Shown here piece by piece: positions 9,122 through 18,387 of a stretch of DNA of 64,000 nt (positions are counted from its first letter, which is position 1; every line of letters begins with the position of its first letter). Source of the stretch: an uncultured Clostridia bacterium (GTDB lineage: Bacteria > Bacillota > Clostridia > TANB77 > CAG-508); the NCBI GenBank assembly GCA_934155265.1, contig CAKPGU010000009.1, positions 10,702 through 74,701 on the forward strand. Direction: 5' to 3'. The translations under genes and the position numbers were made by a program. The notes under the pieces were generated by a model, which was not told the origin of the DNA, ran no database searches, and was given only the letters and a program-made list of their open reading frames with translations.

Positions 9122-9901
9122 ATGGCAAATGAAGAAAGAAAAAATGAACAAACACTTGATGAGCAAGTAGAGCAAACAACCGCAGGACAAAAAATTGAGG
9201 AAAAGGCAAAAAAAGAAAAAAGAAAAAGAATAAGACATAAAGTTTTTAGAACATTATTGGTAGTGATAATAATATTTCTGATAAATGTATATATTATTTT
9301 ATCACTATTTTATAAAGGAGAAAACTTTACAGTAACACTTGATAGTGAATACGGAAGAGAAAGTGGTTTAGTTATATATGAAGAACAAGCCAACAAGTAT
9401 CAAAGAACATTTTTAAGGTCAAAAGATATAGAATACTTTACGGATATATCAGTTAACTGGCTACCTGAAAATATAGATAATGAAGGCGATGGATCACATA
9501 ATGGTAGAAACTACATAGCATACACTTTCTATGCAGAAAATATGGGACAAGATACAATTAATTATTGGACGACTATAAAAATAGATGATGTAGTAAGAAA
9601 TGTAGATGAGGCAATCAGAGTTATGGTTTTCAAAAATGGCAACAAAGTAATTTATGCAAAAAACAACAAGACAACTGGAGAACCTGAACCAGATACTGTA
9701 GCATTTAAAAATGATGATACAGTAATGTTGGAATTATCAGAGAACTTCAAAGTTGGCGACATAGATAAATATACTGTTGTTATATGGGTAGAGGGGGATG
9801 ATCCAGAATGCAAAGATGATTTGATTGGTGGAGAAATAAAAATGCATATGACTTTTACCGAGGAACATATCTTGCAGAATGCCGATGTTCAGCAAGACTA
9901 A
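9122..9901 (+). CDS. secreted or membrane-anchored protein; paralog of 21518..22246 (C-terminal W-x-EGDDP-x-C motif)
   Basis: Lys-rich N-terminus, TM helix LLVVIIIFLINVYIILSLFY. Conserved blocks SGLV-YE, S-NW-LP, GSHNG-NY-AY-FY--N-G, IRVMV--N, KTTGEPEPD, WVEGDDPECKDDLIGGEIKMHM. Preceded by a consensus sigma-A promoter. Confidence 0.6.
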   Translation: MANEERKNEQTLDEQVEQTTAGQKIEEKAKKEKRKRIRHKVFRTLLVVIIIFLINVYIILSLFYKGENFTVTLDSEYGRESGLVIYEEQANKYQRTFLRSKDIEYFTDISVNWLPENIDNEGDGSHNGRNYIAYTFYAENMGQDTINYWTTIKIDDVVRNVDEAIRVMVFKNGNKVIYAKNNKTTGEPEPDTVAFKNDDTVMLELSENFKVGDIDKYTVVIWVEGDDPECKDDLIGGEIKMHMTFTEEHILQNADVQQD

Positions 9902-9966
9902 AGATAAAATTGTTTATAAAATTTTAAAAATATAAAGAAAATAAAAGAAAAGGAAGGAAGAAAAAA

Positions 9967-11190
9967 ATGGAACAAAACAAACAAAAGAATTCAAAAAGAA
10001 GATTAAATTCTTTAATATTGCTTGTAGCATTTACAGCAATAATGTTGATAGTATCAACATACGCATGGTTCTCTACACAGAGAAATGTATCAATCTCTAA
10101 CTTAGAGGGAACAGTAAAAGTAGCAGAAGGTCTAGAAATTTCTCTAGATGCAGAAAACTGGTCACAAGAAATTGACTTTGACCAATATACAATGAGTGAT
10201 TTGAAAAAATTATATGGAGAAACAAATCACAATGTTATCCCAACAGAATTAATTCCTGCTTCAACAAATGGTGCTGAAGGAATTGGGAAAACAGATATAT
10301 CTTTTTATAGAGGAACAGCAACACAAGTAAATAAAAAATGGCAATTAGCAGATATTACAGAAGTAGAAGGCCCAACATCAACAATAACATCAGCATCTGA
10401 TCTTAAATTCCCAGGATATTATGCAATTGACTTATTCCTAAGAAACTCTGGTATTGATACTGGTGCAGGAGATGTACAAGGAACAACAACAGAAACACTT
10501 CAATTAACACAAAATTCTTCAGTTACAGTTATAGAAGGTGGTAATGCAGATACAGGTTTACAAAACACACCAAGAGTTGCATTTGCTTTATATGATGGAT
10601 CAGCAGATGTAGTTGCTGGTAAAGATGCTGTAATAACAGCAACAACAGGAGATAGTGTAAATATAAAAGATGTTGCAATTTGGGAACCAAATGCAAACGC
10701 ACATGCTTCTACAATTGTAACAAACTATAATGATATTACATGGAAAACAGGAGATCCAGCTGGATATTTAGCAGCAACAGCAGATGGTACTGGAAAAGCA
10801 AAATATACAGCTACAGAAATAATACCTACATATGCTTTAACATCAGCATCAGCTTCAAAAACATATGCAGATTTATATAACTGGGATGGAACAACAAATG
10901 CAGGATTAACAAAGCAAATCTCACTTCAAACAACTGCAGGAGCAACAAATAAAGTTAATAATTTATTAAGTGTTACAACACCAGAAACATATATACAAAC
11001 AAAAAATTCATCAGGAGAAGCTAAAGAATTTAAAATGTTAAAAAATACAACATTAAGAATAAGAATGTTCGTATGGTTAGAAGGACAAGATCCAGACTGT
11101 GTTAACTATGCATCACATGGTGGAGGAATTGAATTAAATATGGGACTATGTAAAGGTGAAGAAACTACAGCACCAGGCGTTGGTCCTTAG
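9967..11190 (+). CDS. Thr/Ala/Gly-rich secreted protein with SipW-cognate-like signal peptide (..STYAWFSTQRN); candidate major fibre or matrix subunit; paralog of 22429..23496
   Basis: Signal-anchor LILLVAFTAIMLIVSTYAWFSTQRNVS. Low-complexity T/A/G/S-rich mature region. C-terminal RIRMFVWLEGQDPDC. Followed by an intrinsic terminator and a REP-A element. Confidence 0.6.
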   Translation: MEQNKQKNSKRRLNSLILLVAFTAIMLIVSTYAWFSTQRNVSISNLEGTVKVAEGLEISLDAENWSQEIDFDQYTMSDLKKLYGETNHNVIPTELIPASTNGAEGIGKTDISFYRGTATQVNKKWQLADITEVEGPTSTITSASDLKFPGYYAIDLFLRNSGIDTGAGDVQGTTTETLQLTQNSSVTVIEGGNADTGLQNTPRVAFALYDGSADVVAGKDAVITATTGDSVNIKDVAIWEPNANAHASTIVTNYNDITWKTGDPAGYLAATADGTGKAKYTATEIIPTYALTSASASKTYADLYNWDGTTNAGLTKQISLQTTAGATNKVNNLLSVTTPETYIQTKNSSGEAKEFKMLKNTTLRIRMFVWLEGQDPDCVNYASHGGGIELNMGLCKGEETTAPGVGP

Positions 11191-11215
11191 TAATATATAA
11201 TTTGATATACATAAA

Positions 11216-11246
11216 GAATCGTTCAAATGGGAACGGTTCTTTTTTT
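11216..11246 (+). terminator. intrinsic terminator after 9967..11190
   Basis: GAATCGTTC-AAATGG-GAACGGTTC followed by TTTTTTT. Confidence 0.7.
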
Positions 11247-11267
11247 GGTAAGATTGTGATTAAATTT

Positions 11268-11317
11268 GGACCGGGTACATTTTGCACTTAATGCAAAATG
11301 TACCCGGTCCAAAATTT
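11268..11317. repeat. REP-A hairpin (20-bp perfect stem)
   Basis: GGACCGGGTACATTTTGCAC-TTAAT-GCAAAATGTACCCGGTCC followed by AAAATTT. Sits just after intrinsic terminator 11216-11246. Confidence 0.8.
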
Positions 11318-11387
11318 ACGTTTTAAAACTATTTACAATTATTTTCAACAGTGTTATAATAAATTAAAATAGATTTGGAGGATACGA

Positions 11388-12344
11388 ATGATAAACTTTT
11401 CCGATAGAGAAAACGTTAATGAACTAACAGAACTAGAAAAAATTTCATTAACATCTACATTAGAAATACAAAAAAATTTGAATAAGCAAATCTTGATGTT
11501 TATAAAAAGGATAATGGCAGATGTTACGTTTGAATCTGAAATTAATCCTGAAGATGAATCATTTTTTTATTTAAATGAATCAACTAATGCGTTAAATAAA
11601 TCTAATTCCAATATAACGATTTTAAACAATTTAATTGATTATTTAGATAAAATAAAAAGCTCAGAGAGGCAGCAATTAGAACAAAACATAAAAGAATACA
11701 ATGCAAGATTTACAGAAAACATTAATAATGTTTATAGTAACACAGAAGTTATAGAAAGATTTGTTTATCAAATAAGTACTACAGACTTTTCAAAATTACT
11801 AAAAAAATCAAATGAAGAAACAAAAAATGAAACAGTCGAGCAAGATGAAGAAATAAAACAAAATGATATTGTTGAAAGTTCTGAGTTAACTTCTCGCTTT
11901 ATTGAGAATACACTTGTAATATCAGAAATTCAACAAAGAGTAATTCTACCTTATAATATAAATGAAGTTAAAGATATATTATTAAGTAATCCTGAAGGAT
12001 ATAGTTCATTACAGGGAGTTGTTAATAAATTGTATACAAAATCAATTGATTATTATAAATGTACTCCTGTTGCAAGATTTAAAGAAGCATATAAACTTGT
12101 TAGAGAGAGAGAAAATGGCTCTAAATCTAAAGCTTTGGAATTAGCACTTGAATTGTTTTGGAATTATAATTTACATCCAGCGATTATTACAGCTTGTAAA
12201 TCTTTAGATGAACTAGATATATATTTAGCTTGTTTAGAAGATGATACATTAGAAGATTTTAAATATTTTGATGTAAAATATGAGATTCCACCTGCAGTAC
12301 CAAAACATAATAGAAATTTTATAACGGAAAAAGGTCTTAAATAA
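11388..12344 (+). CDS. acidic cytoplasmic hypothetical protein (318 aa)
   Basis: Long ORF with GGAGG RBS. No TM. No recognisable motifs. Confidence 0.45.
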   Translation: MINFSDRENVNELTELEKISLTSTLEIQKNLNKQILMFIKRIMADVTFESEINPEDESFFYLNESTNALNKSNSNITILNNLIDYLDKIKSSERQQLEQNIKEYNARFTENINNVYSNTEVIERFVYQISTTDFSKLLKKSNEETKNETVEQDEEIKQNDIVESSELTSRFIENTLVISEIQQRVILPYNINEVKDILLSNPEGYSSLQGVVNKLYTKSIDYYKCTPVARFKEAYKLVRERENGSKSKALELALELFWNYNLHPAIITACKSLDELDIYLACLEDDTLEDFKYFDVKYEIPPAVPKHNRNFITEKGLK

Positions 12345-12489
12345 ATAATAAAATTAAGGCTTTTTTTTATTTTGCGTTTTCTCAAAAAATACTATAAAAA
12401 ATACGCAAACTTTTATGCAAAAAATGTTGAAAAAAAATATATACTATGATATATTGTAAATAAATTTTGAAATTTACAAGGAGGATAAA

Positions 12490-13059
12490 ATGAAAAAAAT
12501 AATTTCAAATATAGTATTTATTGTTTACTTAATAATAGCAATATTTTTAACAGTATGTTTATTGTCATATAATGACTATAAAGTAACTGAATTTGGAGAT
12601 ACATCATTAGTAATTGTATCAGACAAGAAAATGGAACCAGATTTTAATAAAGGAGATTTGGTTATAGTAGAAAAATCAGATGATATAAAAACAGGAGATA
12701 AAGTTTTTTATTATGATACATACAACCAAAAGATAAAAGTAAAATTAGGTGAAATAGTAGAAGTAGAAAAAATAAACCAAGAGCAAACAAATTATGTACT
12801 TGACGATGGAGAACACAAAATATCAAGTGAATATGTTATAGGGCCATCATCAGAAGCAAGTACTATTAAGAAAATGGGAACAGTATTAGGAATTGTAGAA
12901 TCAAAATGGGGATTTCTATTTTTAATTGTATTCCCTGCATTATTAGCATTTGTTAATCAAGCTATGGTAGTTGCAAAAGGAATAAAAGAAGCCAAAAAAG
13001 AAACACAAAAAGAAGAAAGTGCCCCAAAAGAGCAAACCAAGGAAAAAGAAAATATATGA
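12490..13059 (+). CDS. SipW-like signal peptidase homolog, predicted catalytically inactive
   Basis: Same TM / beta-domain / C-terminal TM layout as the SipW paralogs, but the Ser motif reads VSDKKMEPDFNKGDLVIV (nucleophile Ser replaced) and no His-Arg motif is present. Confidence 0.5.
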   Translation: MKKIISNIVFIVYLIIAIFLTVCLLSYNDYKVTEFGDTSLVIVSDKKMEPDFNKGDLVIVEKSDDIKTGDKVFYYDTYNQKIKVKLGEIVEVEKINQEQTNYVLDDGEHKISSEYVIGPSSEASTIKKMGTVLGIVESKWGFLFLIVFPALLAFVNQAMVVAKGIKEAKKETQKEESAPKEQTKEKENI

Positions 13060-13688
13060 CAACTTTAAGTAAAAACAACGCAAAAAAGGGATTTATTTTT
13101 GTATGTTTATGTATAGTTTTATTATTAATATATGGAATAGTACGTATATATGCGCTTTTTCATAGTGAATTATATGCTAAAGTAAAACTAAAAAATGGAA
13201 CTTGGAATATATTAGTAAATTCAACAGACATAACAAAAGGGACAGATGTAGAATTTAATATAGATAATGTACAAATACAAGAAAATGAACATGTTAAACC
13301 AGGAAACTTAGCTCCTGGTTTAATTGGAAATTTCAAAATAAGTATTAATCCTACAGACACAGATGTGTCTGTTAGATATGATATAAACTTAAATGAAGAA
13401 AAATTAACAAATAATAATATACAAATAAAATCTATAAAAGAAACATTTCAAGGAAAAGAATTAATTCAAGTAGCTCCAAATACTTATGCAGGAGTAATTA
13501 CATTAGAAGAAATCAAAGCAAAAAAAATTAATGAAGTTACAGTAGAAATAGAATGGTCAGCTAATGATAACAATAATGAACAAGATGCCAATTTGGGAGC
13601 TACATGGAATAATGAATGTCAAGTTCCAATAAATGTGTATGTTAGTCAATATTTAGGAGAAGAAATAAATCCATATAATAAAAGTTAA
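13056..13688 (+). CDS. secreted protein with signal-anchor (..RIYALFHSE variant motif)
   Basis: N-terminal TM FIFVCLCIVLLLIYGIVRIYALF. 4-nt ATGA overlap with the upstream gene suggests translational coupling. Confidence 0.5.
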   Translation: MTTLSKNNAKKGFIFVCLCIVLLLIYGIVRIYALFHSELYAKVKLKNGTWNILVNSTDITKGTDVEFNIDNVQIQENEHVKPGNLAPGLIGNFKISINPTDTDVSVRYDINLNEEKLTNNNIQIKSIKETFQGKELIQVAPNTYAGVITLEEIKAKKINEVTVEIEWSANDNNNEQDANLGATWNNECQVPINVYVSQYLGEEINPYNKS

Positions 13689-13711
13689 AAATAGATATTA
13701 TAGGAGCGAAT

Positions 13712-14242
13712 ATGGCAAAACAGAACAAAGAAAAAGCAATAAGTATAATAATAGGACATGTTCTTAATATTTTGTTATTTATAGTTTCTGTTTTGATTAT
13801 AATAGGTGTTTATTATATTATACAAATAAAAGTATTAAAAAATGATTATTCTAATTTATTTGGATATACATTTTTTGAGGTTGCAACAGGAAGTATGTCA
13901 AATACAATAGAAATTGGTGATGTTGTAATAGTACAATTAACAAAAGAAGTAAACAAAAACGAAATTATTGTATATAGAGATGGTGACAATTTTGTTACAC
14001 ATAGGCTTATAGAAAAAGATGGTAACAAATTAGTTGCTAAAGGAGATGCAAATAATAGTGAGGATAAACCAATTACTGAAGAACAAATTTTAGGAAGGGT
14101 TATTTATGTTATTCCTAAAATAGGTATATGGAGAAAAATTCTATTATCACCAGAGATAATAGGACTTGTTTTTGCTTTTATTTTCCTTGTAGGAGTTGCA
14201 TTACAGTTTGCTTCTAAAAAAGATGAAATAGAAAAATCTTAG
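13712..14242 (+). CDS. sipW: signal peptidase I, Sec11/SipW type (S26B)
   Basis: ATGSMSNTIEIGDVVIV (Ser motif). FVTHRLIEKDG (His). N- and C-terminal TM segments. Confidence 0.7.
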   Translation: MAKQNKEKAISIIIGHVLNILLFIVSVLIIIGVYYIIQIKVLKNDYSNLFGYTFFEVATGSMSNTIEIGDVVIVQLTKEVNKNEIIVYRDGDNFVTHRLIEKDGNKLVAKGDANNSEDKPITEEQILGRVIYVIPKIGIWRKILLSPEIIGLVFAFIFLVGVALQFASKKDEIEKS

Positions 14243-14261
14243 GAAAGGACTGAGATTTAAT

Positions 14262-14834
14262 ATGAATAAAAAAGTAAAAATACTATATGCAAAATTAGTA
14301 ATTCTTATATTGTGTTTTTTAATATTAATAAGGATAGTTACACTTGTTTTATCAAAATATGAAAATGAAGCACAATCAACTGCTAATGTGGATATAGCTT
14401 TTTATTTATTAAAAGAAGATTATAAAAAGATGACACTAAATTTAGATTCATTGTTCCCTCAAAATGATGCATATGTTTACACATTTACAATAGGTAATCA
14501 AGAAGGAGAGAAAACAGCTGAAATAGACATGGTATATGATTTGACAATTAGAACAACAACTAATTTACCATTGACTTATGAGTTATATAAAAATCAAAAT
14601 TATACTGATAATGGTGCAAGTAATATAATAAAAACAAATAATATAGAACAGGATGAATATGGTACATATTTTAGGAATATAACTACTGAAACTGAGGAGC
14701 TAAATTACAAAGAACCAAAAACTAATACATATCAATTAGTTATACGTTTTCCAGAAAATTATAATACAACAAATTATCAGAATATAATAGAAGCATTAGA
14801 AATAAGTGTAAATTCGCATCAAGTGGATTTATAA
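14262..14834 (+). CDS. secreted hypothetical protein with N-terminal signal-anchor
   Basis: TM helix LVILILCFLILIRIVTLVL. GGA-rich RBS. Position within the SipW cluster. Confidence 0.45.
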   Translation: MNKKVKILYAKLVILILCFLILIRIVTLVLSKYENEAQSTANVDIAFYLLKEDYKKMTLNLDSLFPQNDAYVYTFTIGNQEGEKTAEIDMVYDLTIRTTTNLPLTYELYKNQNYTDNGASNIIKTNNIEQDEYGTYFRNITTETEELNYKEPKTNTYQLVIRFPENYNTTNYQNIIEALEISVNSHQVDL

Positions 14835-14850
14835 AGAGAAAAGGAGCAAT

Positions 14851-15795
14851 ATGCAAAATCAAAAAAGAAGTTTTATTAAATTAAATAATAAATATAAAAA
14901 AAAGCAAATTGTGATTTTAGCACTTATTGTACTAAGTTTATTGTCAATAGTTATTGTTTTTGGAAGATATGTAACAAATACAATAAATAATTATTTTGTA
15001 AGAAGTAGAGAATTTTATTTTAATAGTGATAAACTTTCAGAAAATAATTCAGTATATCAAGTTGACAATTGGTCTGGTGTAGATGATTATATGATAACAA
15101 TAAATATGAATAGTAATAATAATAATATTGAATCTGCATCTTATGATATAGGTTATAATATTTCATATAAATGCAGTGATAATGCAATTTGCCAATTGAG
15201 TAAAACTTCAGGAACTATACTTGCAAATACAAATGCAGATTTCTTCAATTTGACAATAACACCAAACACACAATTATCAACGGGTGACAAGGTGGTTGTA
15301 GAAATAGAAGTTAATTCTACTGCTCCATATAAGAAAACTTTAAAAGGAAAGTTTACATTAGTTGTAGGAAAAGAAAAGCTTTCTTATCAAATTACAGATA
15401 AAGAACAAAGTCCATATATGATATTAAGTATGACAAATACATTAACATATTATAATGTAAAAGAAGCTTTTGGATCATATTTTGAAGGGCAAAAAATAGA
15501 TTATGATACTTATTTAAAATTAACTGATGATGAAAAAAAGAAATGCTATTCTGCTATTGTAAAAATTCAATTTGATCCAAGGGAAATTCTATTTGATGTA
15601 ACTAATAATGCATATACAGATGCAACAGATATGACGACAGTTTCAATAGATGGAAATACTTATATTAGCGGTTTTACAATTAAAATTGATGCTATTTCAA
15701 GTAGAGAGATAAGGTTATATAAAGTAGATGTAAGAAAAAATTATACATATCCAAATAATAATAATAAATCAATAGTAACTATTACAAGTGAATAG
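14851..15795 (+). CDS. secreted hypothetical protein with N-terminal signal-anchor (314 aa)
   Basis: TM helix IVILALIVLSLLSIVIVFGRYV. Asn-rich. Confidence 0.45.
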   Translation: MQNQKRSFIKLNNKYKKKQIVILALIVLSLLSIVIVFGRYVTNTINNYFVRSREFYFNSDKLSENNSVYQVDNWSGVDDYMITINMNSNNNNIESASYDIGYNISYKCSDNAICQLSKTSGTILANTNADFFNLTITPNTQLSTGDKVVVEIEVNSTAPYKKTLKGKFTLVVGKEKLSYQITDKEQSPYMILSMTNTLTYYNVKEAFGSYFEGQKIDYDTYLKLTDDEKKKCYSAIVKIQFDPREILFDVTNNAYTDATDMTTVSIDGNTYISGFTIKIDAISSREIRLYKVDVRKNYTYPNNNNKSIVTITSE

Positions 15796-15827
15796 CTGTT
15801 AAATTTTTAGAAAGGAATAGTACTAAT

Positions 15828-16826
15828 ATGACAATTAATATAATGAGTGAATATATTCAACTAACAAAAAAACAAATAGAATTATATATGAAATTAGTTT
15901 TTGAAGAAAAATATAGTAAGAAATATAATGATATTTATTCAGATACGTATATAAACTCTAGGTATTACAATTTTTTCAACAATGGTGAAACAACAATTAG
16001 AAGAACCATTTTAGATGAATTAAGAAAAACACAAGAATATGCTGTTTCTAATAATTTTGAGGATATAGAGTTAATTGAAAAAATGCATGTGTTTTTTTGT
16101 TATGTTTTATATTTTGATGATGTTGTATATTGCAAAGATCTAAAAAGTAAAATATCAAAAATATCAAAACTTAGAAAAAGGCTATTAAATAAAGAAAATT
16201 GGGAATTTGAAGAAAATTTATATAATGAATTGATGGTACTAAAAGATAAAAAAGAAGAATTGCTGACAAGATTTAATTCAAATGAATTTTTATTAAAAAT
16301 AACAAATTATAAAGACAAGCCGAACGTGTATAGGGTTAATGTAAAACATCAAATTAAATTTCCGATGGAATATAGTGAATTAGCTATAAATAAAGTATTC
16401 AATATGGGAATTACAAATGAAGATAAATTAGTTGTAGAATATTATTTAATTGTTGTTCAAATAATAAAAGACATTATAAAGCAGAATTTTAAAAAGCAGT
16501 ATATAGTAGAGTTTGCGGAGACTTTGTTAGAAAAACCTAAAAAAATTAAAGGGTTGTTAAATAGTGTAGATAATGTTGCTGTTCAAGACAAAATAAGTCT
16601 TAAAATTAGACATGAGCATTTTATTGAAAATAAAGAAAAAGTCTATGAGCTTATGAGGGAAGGATATAGATTTTCTTTAGTTTTAGATAATTCTTTTGAA
16701 GTAACTTACAAAAATATGGAAAATTTAAAAATGTTCAAATTTGTAATAATTAATAAGGACTCAAAACAATATAGTGAAGTAATGAGATTTAATGACGAAG
16801 TAAATAATAATATAATAGAAATATAA
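15828..16826 (+). CDS. hypothetical protein, possible degenerate EAL-like domain; full-length paralog of 1..621
   Basis: See 1..621. Lies immediately upstream of the intact McrB-like gene. Confidence 0.5.
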   Translation: MTINIMSEYIQLTKKQIELYMKLVFEEKYSKKYNDIYSDTYINSRYYNFFNNGETTIRRTILDELRKTQEYAVSNNFEDIELIEKMHVFFCYVLYFDDVVYCKDLKSKISKISKLRKRLLNKENWEFEENLYNELMVLKDKKEELLTRFNSNEFLLKITNYKDKPNVYRVNVKHQIKFPMEYSELAINKVFNMGITNEDKLVVEYYLIVVQIIKDIIKQNFKKQYIVEFAETLLEKPKKIKGLLNSVDNVAVQDKISLKIRHEHFIENKEKVYELMREGYRFSLVLDNSFEVTYKNMENLKMFKFVIINKDSKQYSEVMRFNDEVNNNIIEI

Positions 16827-16839
16827 AGAAGGAAAAAAT

Positions 16840-18363
16840 ATGGAAACATTTTCGAAATTTTTATACGAATTTTTAAAACAGTTCTTTTCTGGGGCAATAA
16901 CTATTTTTAGAGGTATTGGAACAGGATTGCAACAAACTTTTGATATAAAATCATATCAAAATATATTAAATACATATAAAGGAGACTTTTCAGTTCCAGA
17001 GTGGGCATTAGTTGTAATATCAATTTTGTGTATAGCAATATTTATTGGTCTTATAATTGCACTAATATATTTGCTATTTAGAAAATATGTGAAATTTAGA
17101 AAAAAAGCAATTGACCAAGATGAATTATTAGAAGAAGTAGCATCATTAAATAAACAAGTAACAACATTAATGAAGGAAAAAGAGAATATTATGGCTATGA
17201 AGGTGTCTCAACTTGGTTTAAAGCCTGATGAATCAGCAGAAATAGAGCCAGATGAGCAAGATGAGGAAGGTGTTGATAATCCTGATATAAGATTTTCTAA
17301 ATTACATGAAATTGATTTAAGATTTGAAGATTATCAACAAATAGATTATGGAAATTCATTTACATTACCAGAATTGTGTGCAAATTTTAGGAATTTTGCT
17401 GCATCAAAATTAAGATTATATTATAAACCAGAAATGGTAAGAATCTTTATTTCTGGACTAGCATCTACAAAATTGATAATTTTACAAGGTATCTCTGGAA
17501 CAGGTAAAACATCTCTTGCTTATGCTTGGGGTAAATTCATGAGACATGATTCTTGTATTGCATCTGTTCAGCCATCTTGGAGAGATAGAACAGATATGTT
17601 TGGGTATTTTAATGAATTTACAAAGAAATTCAATGAAACTGAAATGTTAAAAGAAATGTATATTGCAGATTATGTTGATGAGGTTTATACAGTAATTTTG
17701 GATGAGATGAACTTGTCTCGTGTAGAGTATTACTTTGCAGAGATGCTTTCTATTTTGGAGATGCCAAATAGAGATGAATGGATTATAGAGTTAGTTCCAA
17801 ATAGTTGGAAAACAGATCCTAAATATATTACAGGTGGAAAGATAAAAGTGCCATCAAATATGTGGTATATAGGAACAATCAATAATGATGACTCAACTTT
17901 TGCTGTAACAGATAAAGTATATGATAGAGCTATGCCAATAGATATAAATGATAAGAGTGTTCCGTTTGAGCCTATTGAAACAGAGGCAGAAGGAATTAAT
18001 TTTTCTTATTTAGATAATTTATTTAAAACAGCGATACAGGAAAATCCTATATCACAAGAGACTTTAGATAAAATTGAGCAAATGGATAATTATGTAATAC
18101 AACATTTCCGTATTGCATTTGGTAATCGTATTGTAGCACATATGAAAAAGTTTGTTCCTGTGTATGTTGCTTGTGGTGGAGATGAAGTTAGTGGAGTTGA
18201 TTATTTTATAGCTAAAAAAATATTAAGAAAGTTTGAACAATTAAATATGTCATATATTAGAGATGAAATAGACCCTTATATACAATTTTTAAATACAACA
18301 TTTGGTAAAAATAAGATGAAAGAATGTATAGAGTATTTATTAAGATTGAAAAAAATGTCATAA
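16840..18363 (+). CDS. membrane-anchored coiled-coil McrB-family AAA+ GTPase (intact copy)
   Basis: TM helix ALVVISILCIAIFIGLIIALIYLLF. Coiled coil DELLEEVASLNKQVTTLMKEKENIM. Walker A IILQGISGTGKTS. McrB-type Walker B ILDEMNLSRVEYYFAEMLSILE. N-x-x-D motif IGTINNDDS. DKVYDRAMPIDI. The pattern and spacing match E. coli McrB (LQGPPGxGKT ... IIDEINRANLSKVFGE ... IGxMNTADRS ... RRF). Confidence 0.75.
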   Translation: METFSKFLYEFLKQFFSGAITIFRGIGTGLQQTFDIKSYQNILNTYKGDFSVPEWALVVISILCIAIFIGLIIALIYLLFRKYVKFRKKAIDQDELLEEVASLNKQVTTLMKEKENIMAMKVSQLGLKPDESAEIEPDEQDEEGVDNPDIRFSKLHEIDLRFEDYQQIDYGNSFTLPELCANFRNFAASKLRLYYKPEMVRIFISGLASTKLIILQGISGTGKTSLAYAWGKFMRHDSCIASVQPSWRDRTDMFGYFNEFTKKFNETEMLKEMYIADYVDEVYTVILDEMNLSRVEYYFAEMLSILEMPNRDEWIIELVPNSWKTDPKYITGGKIKVPSNMWYIGTINNDDSTFAVTDKVYDRAMPIDINDKSVPFEPIETEAEGINFSYLDNLFKTAIQENPISQETLDKIEQMDNYVIQHFRIAFGNRIVAHMKKFVPVYVACGGDEVSGVDYFIAKKILRKFEQLNMSYIRDEIDPYIQFLNTTFGKNKMKECIEYLLRLKKMS

Positions 18364-18387
18364 TATAATGGAAGGGGAGAAGGTCTG

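Noticed and set aside
8213-11190. Type IV pilins as an interpretation of the YAWF-motif secreted proteins
   Set aside because: They lack the G|F(T/S)LxE class III leader. The motif fits TasA/camelysin-type SipW-cognate signal peptides better, consistent with the adjacent SipW genes.
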